From positions 393,700,001 to 393,764,000 of the forward strand of contig NC_067401.1 of the NCBI RefSeq assembly GCF_016432865.1: a DNA stretch of 64,000 nucleotides, read 5' to 3'. Origin of the DNA: Antechinus flavipes (Eukaryota). Each line of letters starts with the position of its first letter. The first letter of the stretch is position 1. The notes under the pieces are model-generated. The model had not been told where the DNA came from and ran no database searches. It was given only the letters and a program-made list of their open reading frames with translations. Position numbers and translations under genes: made by a program. Positions 1 through 10,085 of the stretch are shown here, one piece after another.

Positions 1-1730
1 AAATATGAGACTGGGAAGCATAAGAGAATTTAGAGCTGGATCATAGATTTAAGAGTAATTAGCAAAGATGATAATTGAATCATGGGAGCTAATGATATCA
101 CCAAGTAAAATAGTATAGAGTAAGAAGAGACCTAGTCCCAGGAGTGGACACTTATGTGTAGCAACTATGACCTGGATTAAGATTCAGCAAAAGAGATTTA
201 CAAATAGGAAGAGAACTGGGGCAGAGTAGTGTCCTAAAAACCTCTTCAAGGAGAAGAGGCTACAGAAAGATCAAGAAGAATGAGGATTGAAAAAAAGAGA
301 CAGTATATTTGTTAATTAGATCATTGGCAACTTCAGAGAAAGTGGTTTCAGTTGAATAATAAAATAAAAATCTAGGTTATAGAGAATTAAGAGGAGTGAT
401 ATATATGGATTGTAGACGACCTTTTGGCCATAAAAGTGGGAGAGGAGATCAAGTGCAGGATTTTTTAGTATGGAGCAAACATGGGCATTTTCATCAGCTG
501 TATTTGTTAATAGACAAGGAGAAATTGAAGAAAAGTGAAAGAAACAAGCCAAAAAGATGAGTTAAAATAGGAATACTTGTTCATGGTTGCACAAGTAAGG
601 AGAAGGGTAAGCTCTTCATAGAAAAAGGACTGAAAAAGATAATTGCCAAAGATACCTGCATCATATAAAATAAGAAAGAACAGGTAAGGAGGAGAGCTTA
701 ATGAATGACCAGTGTTTTTTTTTTTTTTTTTTTCTCCCTGAGTTTATTGGGGTTAAGTGACTTGCCCAGGGTAACATAGCTAGGAAGTAGTAAATGTCTG
801 ATGTCAGAATTGAACTCAGGTCCTCCTGATTTCAGGGCTGGTGCTCTATCTACTACACCAACTAACTGCCCCATGACCACAGTTTTTAAGGCAAATATGA
901 GGCAAGTTCTTATGGGAAAAAAAAAACAGGGGAAAGTGAGCTATGGGAAACTAGAGAAGAAAAGAAAATTTTTTTGAAAAGCTATTTTGGTGAATGGGAT
1001 ATTGAATCAACAAAAGTTTGTAAAAAAAATTGCCTTTATATAGTGAGGGCTCAGTTAAGATTATGTAAAATAAATCTGTAACAGACCCAGTCAGCATGTT
1101 TTGTGATTTTCTTCATCTTCATTTAGTAACCAAGACTGAAGAGAGCAGATGCTGGGAGTAAGCTAAAATTTGTGCTTGGCAGGGTAAAATGACTGTGGTA
1201 GGGCACATGAACAGAAATAGAATAGTGTATAATTGTATTTATTCTCGAAAGAGTTAAAATGGGGAAGGAAGGAAGGAAAATATTGATTGTAAAAAATTAT
1301 GGTTTGGGAAATATATAAGGGATTAAAGGATTGGAGATTATGGTAAGGGCAAAGATGCTTTGCAGTTTAAAAAGCAGAGAGAGAATGATTAGAAATTTTG
1401 ATCAGATTGAGGTTATTTCACAGTTCATGAACATGGAAGTCGCTCATATGTGGGTGATGGCAAAATCAAAGATATGATTTTCTCACTCTGTAGCTGAAGT
1501 GAGGAGGAGAACTGAGTAAATCCCAAGAATTGAATAAGCTGAGGAACTAGAATGTTAGAAAGAGTATTCATATTCATGTTGAAGTACTATAATAAGAGAG
1601 CAGGAATTGGAAGAGAGGAGAAAAATTGTGAACTGGGTACTAAACTCATTGAAGAAATAAAAGTAGTAGCCTCAATGTCAATAGATAATCGCTACCTGAA
1701 TTATGATTGAGTGGTAGATATGGATTGAAT
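1..1730 (-). mobile_element. Degraded LINE-2 (L2) fragment, interrupted by a WSINE1
   Basis: Purine-rich decayed sequence resembling reverse-complement L2 ORF2/3' region; similar text recurs at 40.3-41.7 kb; boundaries approximate. Confidence 0.6.
715..872 (-). mobile_element. WSINE1-type marsupial CORE-SINE
   Basis: Poly(T) at 715-733, then GGGGTTAAGTGACTTGCCCAGGG...TTGAACTCAGGTCCTCCTGA...CTGCCCC (reverse complement of A box, B box and core); source of ORF 698..880. Confidence 0.9.
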
Positions 1731-2177
1731 GTAACTTAGTCTAACCTGAAGAAATGTTTTTATATCCCAATTTAGTTATCTAACAGTTATCTAAACTTGT
1801 TTGTTATTCAGATTTGATAAGTATGCCTTCATATATTCATGCAAATCAGTGGTAATTTTCATATATTAAAGGACTAAAGATAAAGCCTTGGGATACTTCA
1901 TTAGGAACCCCTTTCTTCCCTCACTATTGGTGCATTGATGAGCATTTTTTGACTTAGAATAATCATTTTTGAGGGCAGCTAAGCATGCTGTCATAAAACT
2001 CATCTCAGCAATTTCTATCACTTACTATCGTCTTGCTTCTGGGGAGCAAAAATACTATATTCTCAATATTTTTCAGAACTACTTGGTTAAGAATCCTGTC
2101 AAAAAGCTAAATTAAACTTAATTAAGTATACTTTATTTTAAATCACTTATTCTGACTACTAGTTACCATTTAGAATC

Positions 2178-2350
2178 ATAGAATCATAAATACAGAGATG
2201 AAAAGAATCTTAGCAGCCCACCTCTGATTTTATACATGTGACTTCTCAAGTTCCTGAAAGGTAAGTGATTTGCTCAAAGTCACAAAGGTAGTATGCACAA
2301 AGGAAGATTTAACCTCAGGTTTTTAACTCTAGAGTCAGCAATTTCCCCAA
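2178..2350 (-). mobile_element. MIR-family SINE
   Basis: GAATCATAGAATC tail and AAGTGATTTGCTCAAAGTCACA core, reverse orientation. Confidence 0.7.
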
Positions 2351-3451
2351 GATCACAGAGGCAGTAACTTTAGAGACAATGATTTTCCCCCTAAAAACTA
2401 TTAGCAAACTCTATTTTTTAATAAGGCATTCTAGAATTTTACTAAATAAAACTAAATCTCCATCACCCAAGTTAGAATGAATCTGTTTATAAAAGATTCT
2501 TGATATCAGTTCAATAATTACATCTCTAAGGGTGTCATTCTTCTGCAAATGAGGTAGTGGGTTTTGTTCATTGAGGACAATTAGGTGCTTTCTTACTATC
2601 TTCTTTTATTATGAGTGTTTCAATTTTCTATTAGCTATTTCCAATCAGTGAAGTTCTTTTTCCTTTATGAGAAAAAGAAGCAATATAAAATTTGATTTTC
2701 TTAATTTTTATTGCAAGATTCATCAGTTTGGGTTTTGTCTTACCATTATTTTAGGACAATGTAATTTAAAGAAAAGAAGTTCTATGATCATTCATTAAGT
2801 GTTTATCCGATAGTCAGCTAGAATTATTACAAGTGCAAGGAACTATAATAGGGACTGGTAGATAAAGAAAAAAATTTTGTAATAGTTCTTGCCCTCAAGG
2901 ATCTTATAGTCTACTAAAATTTTGCCAGTTTTTTGTTATTTATCTTCATTTACTCTTTAAAATCAGAGCTGATCAGCAAAATTCCTGTACTCCCAAAATC
3001 ATCCCTTTGAAATAATGTGATGTGTCATGTCAACTTGACATGACATGCCATTCTTGAGAATATGCCATTCTTTTATTGACTTGACATGTTTTGTAGTCAT
3101 GTATCTAGAGAATGCAATCTATACTAATTATCTGAACACTAAAATTTCCTTTCTCTAAATGTGAGGCTGATTTCAGATGATCCCAAATGTCTCCATCATT
3201 ATGTATCATGAATTCAATGATGGCATAATTATTTCCTCTTAAAATTCTTATCATTTCTACTTCTGTAACTAAATCTTTCAGGTAAGATCTCATTTATTTG
3301 TTACTAATGGCTTTGCTTTTAGTTGAGTGAGAAATACCTTTAGTAGATACTTAGTCCCCTGTCACTATTATATCTTGATTCTATGCCATCTCTATAATTA
3401 GCATCTAAAACTCATCACCCATTTCTCATTTTTTGATCTGATGTTACAATT

Positions 3452-3697
3452 ATTGTTTCATCATTTCAGTTGTGTTCAGCTCTGTGATATTGAGGGATTT
3501 TATTGGCAAAGACACTGGAGTGGTTTGCCATTTCCTTCACCAGCTCGTTTTTATAGATGAGGAATTGGGACAAATAGGATTAAGTGACTTACTTGGGGTA
3601 ATACAGCTAGTAAGTGTCTGAGGGTGGATTTGAACTCATGAAGTTAAATTTTCCTGATTCCAAGTCCAGTTCTCTATCCATTATACCAAATAGCTGT
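3452..3697 (-). mobile_element. Mar1-type SINE (CORE plus RTE-derived tail)
   Basis: GGCAAAGACACTGGAGTGGTTTGCCATTTCCTTC (RTE tail) followed by CORE and B-box reverse complement. Confidence 0.85.
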
Positions 3698-5241
3698 TCT
3701 TTTGTTACAATATATTCTCTCAAAGATTTAACTTCTTTTATTTGCTCTGTTAATCTTTACTCAAAGACATTCTCTTTTCTCCTTTTCATATGTAACTGTT
3801 AGCACAATACCTGGCACATAAGAGGTGCCTAATAAATAATAAATAATAAATCTTTTTAATATACTATGATGCTCTAGTTGTTTTCATCTTCTTTTCCATT
3901 AGAATAAGACATTCCTTTTCTATTGTGATATTCAAATAATGAATCAGATTTGCTCAAGTATTAATGATACCTATAAGGTAGAGCTTTTTATTATTATTAT
4001 TATTATGATGTCTATTTTACCTTGTTTATTACCCATACTCTACATATTTGAGTATAGGCTCATAAAACCATAAATATTATTCCAACCCATTTTATTGTGT
4101 GTTGCTCCTGAGAATTATTGGATCCTTTCAACCAGTATTCCTCTTCTTATGTTGAACTTGCCATTCTCCAACTTGTCTTTCTAAACAATTACACATGTTT
4201 AGTTTCTTTTATCATCCATTTTAAAAGTCCCTATATAAGAGAAGCCTCAAATATAACAAATTCCAACAATGGTTTATTTATTTGTCCTTTTCATTTTCCT
4301 TTTAATGTTTCACATCCCACAATCTTCCAACACATTTGGATTCTTTATTGACTTGTTAAGTTTTTCTTTCTTTTTGTTTTCTCCCTGAATCATTATGTCT
4401 CCAAGAAATGTCAAGATGTCTTTTGAAATAGGCAGGGCCGTCAAGCAGAAAGGCAATTAGACTTGTTTTACTTGTCCTGGGAGGAAATGACTTTGGTCAT
4501 TTGGTAGCTGTGGCAGAGAGACATGTTCAGGCATGTTATAGGGCTTTTTAAAAAACCTTCCCAATGATAGTAATAATTAGCATTTATGTAGGGCCTTAAG
4601 GATTGCTTAGCACATATAAGATCATATAGAATTGTCAAAGTAGACTAGATTGCCGGTGGGGGATCATTGGTTTCCTATGCCTAAAGTCTTGAAGCATATG
4701 TCAATTGACCAATTTTCATGTTTATTTTAAAAATATCCTTCAGGTATGGATTGGATGAAATGATAACTGAAACATTTTCTAACTCTGACAATCTATAAAT
4801 TTCAATGATTCTTATTTTTCAAAAAACATTTCATTCTTCCTGATATGCCAAAGAATGAGAAGCCTTCCAACTCCTTTACTTCTACTATCACTCAATTAAT
4901 AAGCATTTATTAAATATTTGCCAAATGAGAAATACTGTACTAAGTGCTTTGAAATAATTAGCTCACACTTCAATGGAAGAGGCAACATGCAAACAACTGT
5001 GTATATTTAAGACATATACAGTGTAAATTGGAAGCAATCTAAAATTCCTTAATATTTTAAGACACATACTAATTGTCTTCAGTTGATATAAAAATTGGGA
5101 CTTTCAAGAGGAAACTATGTAAGAAAAAACAGAAGACCAAGGACTTTGCTGAAATTTAGAAAACAGGAGTAAAAGAGAGTCAAGTGATATAGTGTCACAG
5201 AACCATAAGAAGAATAGTGTTTTAAGATAGAGGGGTCATAG

Positions 5242-5716
5242 TGATAGGTTTGAATCCCCTCAATTAATGGTAGTGATGAGATTCATAGCAATGAGAAAGT
5301 TGTTAAAATCCCCTTTTATTTGGCTGCAGGTTTAAAGTGAAATAATTCACTTATTCCTGAATTTATTAATTGCAAAATGAAAGTTTATTGTTGAATAGGA
5401 AAAAAGTTTGCTAAGAATCTGACTTCTATAGTGGCAGAGTCACAAAAATTGGGAAATGGAATTTTACGCTGAGAATCAGTGGGCAGAGTCCTAACAAATT
5501 GCTTGTGCCTTCTGCAAGGAGCTGAGCCAAAGGAAGCCTGCTATATGGGCATCCTGGTGAGGGGCTAGGATAGCCTGAGCTTATCAGACCAGGATTTCTA
5601 TGGGAGTTGATTTGCCCTTGAATAGTACTGATTCTCTTATCCTGGGAAGATAGGCCTTCTCTAGACTCCTTGGAGCCTGGAAGATCCTGATCTTGGCGAT
5701 CAGAAAGAGGACACAA
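5242..5716 (-). mobile_element. Solo ERV LTR
   Basis: Starts with TG; GC-richer LTR-like body; AATAAA on minus strand near 5365; near-TSD CATAG (5237-41) / CACAG (5717-21). Confidence 0.55.
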
Positions 5717-5943
5717 CACAGTTTAGTGATAATCTTAAAGGATACACAACTTCAGTAATGGGAACAGTTTCCCTCCCTCTTCAATAGGATCATAAACCTA
5801 GAGCTGGAAAGTATCTCAGATTTCATTAGACAGATGAAGAAACTGAAGCCAAGAGAGATTTAATAATTTGTCAAAGATCAAGCTGGCCAGTGTCACTGGT
5901 AGCATTGAAAGTCTCCTGTCTCCAGAGTTCCATTCTTACCCCA

Positions 5944-6364
5944 TGTTAAATTCCATAATAAAGATGATCCATGGTTTGGTTCCAGGGCTGAATGAGACTA
6001 TCGTCTCCAAGAATCCAGCAAACAATGTGAGTTCTCAATGACCTATAGAAACATGGCTCAGACTCAGGAATAGAGTGAGGCAAGGGTGGAGTCAGGGTGC
6101 TGAGAACAAAGGGACTCTGAAAATCCAGTTCTGACAGGGTGAGGGGAGGCAAGAGGGATATCTGATAATTGGGATTACAGAGTGGGGAGAGGCACCAAAC
6201 ATTCTGATGATGCCTAAAATAGAAGATCTTTCTTCTTATCTGGATCATCATGATTAGGAGGGAGGGGTGGTTGAGCAGAACAATTAGGGAAACCCAGGCA
6301 GGACTGGGGTCAGGATAATTAGGGAAACTGAATCAGGACAATAAAAGAGAACTGTGGCATAACA
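5944..6364. mobile_element. Solo ERV LTR
   Basis: Terminal inverted TGTTA...TAACA; G-rich LTR-like body; TSD not recognisable; orientation uncertain. Confidence 0.65.
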
Positions 6365-6390
6365 CTTTAAAGATCAAAAAGAGAAGCTTA

Positions 6391-6553
6391 GGGGCAGGTA
6401 GGTGGCACAGTGGATAGAATACCAACCCTGAAGTTAGGAGGATCTGAATTCAAATCTGATCTGAGACACAAATACTTCCTAGCCATGTAACCTTGGGCAA
6501 GTCACTTAACCCCAATTGCGTCAGCAAAAAGAGAGAGAGAGAGAGAGACAGAC
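6391..6553 (+). mobile_element. WSINE1 with (GA)n tail and 11-bp TSD
   Basis: GGGGCAGGTAGGTGGCACAGTGG...GAATTCAAATC...GGGCAAGTCACTTAACCCCAATTG; TSD AGAGAAGCTTA at 6380-6390 and 6554-6564. Confidence 0.92.
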
Positions 6554-6600
6554 AGAGAAGCTTATACCTTAATGTAAAAACCACAAGAAACAATTGGAAG

Positions 6601-7351
6601 TTTTAATTTTTTTCTATTTTAATGTTATAGTATTTTTTCTATTTACAAGTAAAGATGATTTTCAGCAGTCATTTTGGCATGATTTTGAGTTACAATTTCT
6701 TTTTCTTCCTCCCTCCCTTAAATCCCTTTCCCCATGACTGCAAGCAAATTATATAGGTTATATATGTACAATCAATTTTTAATCCATTTCTATATGGGTC
6801 ATGTTGAGAAATAAAATTCACAATAAAAGGGAAAAACTGCAAGTAAAAAACAACAAACAACAAAAGGGTGAAAGTAGTATGCTTTGAAACATATTCAGTC
6901 TCCATCATTCTTTCCCTGGATATAGATGGCATTTTCCATTCAAAGTTATTGGAATTGTCTTGGATAACTGTATGGTTGGGAAAAGATGTCTGTCATAATT
7001 GATCATCACAAAAATCTTGCTGTTACTGTATATAATATTTTCCTAGCTCTGTTCACTTCATTCAGTATCAATTCATGTTAGTCTTTCCAAGTTTTTTTTT
7101 TATAATCAGCTTGTTCATCATTTCTTATAGAACAATAATATTCTTAAAGAAATAATATAAAAGTACCAAAACTTATCAAGCCATTCTCCAATTGATCAGC
7201 ATCCACTCAATTTCCAATTTCTTGTCACCACAAAAAGAGCTGCTACAAAAATTTTTGCTTATGTAGGTCCTTTTCCTTCTTTTATGATCTTTTTGAGATA
7301 CAGATCCAGTAATGGCATTACTGGATCAAAGGGTATGCACTTTGGACATAG
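6601..7351 (-). mobile_element. 5'-truncated L1 (3'UTR plus ORF2 end) inserted in an L2 fragment
   Basis: T-rich tail, then typical marsupial L1 3' text up to CTGGATCAAAGGGTATGCAC; TSD-like CAATTGGAAG (6591-6600) / CCATTGGAAG (7352-7361). Confidence 0.85.
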
Positions 7352-8455
7352 CCATTGGAAGCATTTTGAAAAGAGTAGTGACATGGTTAGCTTTCTATTT
7401 TAGTACATCACTTTGGCCACTATATAGAAGATGAATTGGAGAAGAATGAGACTAAAAACAGGAAAAACAACTTAGTGGACATTATAATAGTTTAGAAAAG
7501 ATAGAATGAGGCCTAGACTAAGGTGGTTAAGGTTGAGGTTTTTGTAGAGTGAGTCTTTGAGCTAAACCTCCTCTTTGGGATTTTTATAGAGAAGATGGGT
7601 GAAGATACAAAGATATTTTGAAACATAGAGGAGGTCTTACATTATAAAGTCTTGTCTTCTTATGAAGAAGAAGCCACAATTGCCTTTTGAGAATGTTCAG
7701 AGTAAGACTGTTCTAAGAATGAACAGGACAGGAGTGGGGGTGGAATTTTGAGGAATGTGAAAAAAAAATAGGTTTGGAAAAGCTCCCGTGGTAAAAAGAC
7801 AAGGAACTGAAAAGGTTCACATGGTGAGATATTGATTACAATGCCAGGGCTGTCAAAAATTAGTCCTGGAAGGCATCGTCAAGAGAATACTTAGCATTTG
7901 AATTTTGAGTACCAAGGATGAATAATATAAAACTAAATAGAATGCATCACTCAGTTTCTTAATTCAAGTTTTTTTTAGTGTATCCTATCTTTTACTGTTA
8001 GAAGATTCATTGCATGAAGCACACTTAAAACTAAGTACTTGTCCATGTGCTTTGCTTCATAAAGTCAAACATTAAGCTTTTTAGTATCATGTTAAATAAA
8101 TGATTTGGGTGTTTTAGTATTTCTATTTCTTAAAGATTTTTTTTTTTTTACTATTATGTAGATACCTCCATAGGGAGTAAACTCATATTCTAAAGGCAGT
8201 AAGTTTATTTCATATGCAAGACTGAGTCTTTCTAGAAGATATTATAATATAAAGTCCAAAATAAAATTCCTGTCTTATAGTTATGAAAAGTGATTTTAAA
8301 TATTTGCTGATTTGTAAAGACTATACATTTTCCAGTCAGAGACCAAGAATTTAGGGTTGAACTGTAATGAAAATCTTGCTAATAGTTTGGGAACAAATAA
8401 AGCATAAGGGCTGGAAAACTAGCATTCACTGAAATCTTGCAAATGAGCAAAGTTC

Positions 8456-8607
8456 TATACATGTAAAATCAATTTTTAACCCATTTTATATGGGTCATGT
8501 TGAGAAATAAAATTCACAATAAAAGGGAAAAACTGCAAGTAAAAAACAACAAACATCAAAAGGGTGAAAGTAGTATACTTTGAACCATATTCAGTCTCCA
8601 TCATTCT
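8456..8607 (-). repeat. Local duplicate of L1 3'UTR segment 6759-6911
   Basis: 152 vs 153 bp; 6 substitutions and 1 indel by manual alignment. Confidence 0.92.
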
Positions 8608-9039
8608 ATGGTCTATGTGTCTATGGTGTCATTTAGCATGTTAAATTATAAGCACAAAAGATATAAACTTGAATCTATAACAAAAGAACTTTGCATTCTG
8701 TTTTGAATAAAATGTTCTATTGGTGTCCATCTTGGTTAAGTAGGTTAGATGGATCTAGGTTAGATGGATCCATTTAAAATTAATGAATCTAACTTTGCAA
8801 AGAGACTTATTTAATGATAATTTCTGATCTGGTAAACCTGTAGATTTTCATTGTAGTTTTTCTGTATTATATCCTCTCCTTGAGAAGTCACTAATGGAAA
8901 TGAAAATTTTGTAGGCACAGACAAATTTAAAGATATGAATGGAGTTGTAACATTAAATGCATGAAATTATGACAATAGCTTAATAGAATACACTAATTTC
9001 TTGAAGTCACAGTAATATAAAAATTTAATGATAAATAGG

Positions 9040-9230
9040 GGCAAGGATAGGCACCAGACTTGTGATTGCATAAGGGAATTCCTAGGGGAGAAAAGTCGCT
9101 CTACCAATGCATAGTCACATATTCTCTATGACTTAAAACATTAATAAATTGACTAGACCACTGAGCCTTGTAAGTGACTTGTCCCAGATTTCACAACTGA
9201 TAATTGTCATAGGTAAGAATTTTTCTTTTT
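9040..9230 (-). mobile_element. MdoRep1/WALLSI4-type SINE
   Basis: TTGTGATTGCATAAGGGAATTCC...CTCTACCAATGCA...AAGTGACTTGTCCCAG. Confidence 0.65.
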
Positions 9231-9379
9231 AAAATCTAACTAAAGGGAAGGAAAGCCCAAATATGGATGTCCCTGACCATTCTTGAAGTGGGATTTAAAA
9301 TATAGTGGGATTATAGTGCTTGGCAAATATTAGTCACTATATTTTTCAATGATTTTAATAAAAATGAACAGTTCTCTGA

Positions 9380-9700
9380 AATGTGTACATTTTTTCATAT
9401 TTAAGGCAAGGTTTCTCATATGTATACATACACATATATATTTATATATGTCTTTTGTTTTTACATCATTTTTATTTCCAAAGATATCACTCTTCCTTCC
9501 CTTATCCATTCAATCATTTGATCAAAGGATTAAAAAATAATTCAGCAAAACTAACATATCATCAAAATCTCTCAGTCTTTGTATTGTATTTTACCCACAA
9601 TCCACTCTTTATTCTGAACCTTTTCCGAGAATGGAGGGAGTTCATTTTCTCACTTTTTTTAATAATCAAAGTTAACATATATTTTTGGCTCTTGATGATC
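9380..9700 (-). mobile_element. Old L1 3'UTR fragment (same family as the 33.8-37.1 kb element)
   Basis: AAAAAATAATTCAGCAAAACTAAC... resembles the region near 34.2 kb. Confidence 0.45.
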
Positions 9701-9899
9701 CATGAGGATTAAACATAATTTTGAATTTGAAAAAGTTATTTTGTTTTTTGGTATTTCAAATAACTCTCACGAATATGTGGGAATAACTTTTATGATTATC
9801 CACCAGCCATTATGAAAATGAACAAATAAAGAAATTACAAGCCTGTGTTATTTTTACTAGAAAGCAAGCACTTTTAAGGCAGTCTCACACAATGAAAAG

Positions 9900-10085
9900 A
9901 TAGTCTTTATGCCATAAAAGTCTTGGGTTTACCTTCTACCTCTGAAACCTATTAATTGTGTGGCCATGGGCAAGCTGCTTAACTTTTCAGCATCCACAAA
10001 TAAATCTCTAAAACTATGTTACAGATAAAAATTCTCATATGTATTAGTGGATGGAGTTTCCTAAATGGGAGTTTCACATACTTAT
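9900..10085 (+). mobile_element. MdoRep1/WALLSI4-type SINE
   Basis: CORE GGGCAAGCTGCTTAAC plus tail GGAGTTTCC...ATGAAATTATAGGTC. Confidence 0.6.

Noticed and set aside
698-880. Similar peptides MGQL(V/G)G(V/T)VDRA...GPEF at 698..880 and 54292..54486 suggesting a gene family
   Set aside because: They are translations of WSINE1 copies
6391-6480. tRNA-like A and B boxes here and in other SINE heads
   Set aside because: SINE internal promoters, not tRNA genes; no cloverleaf
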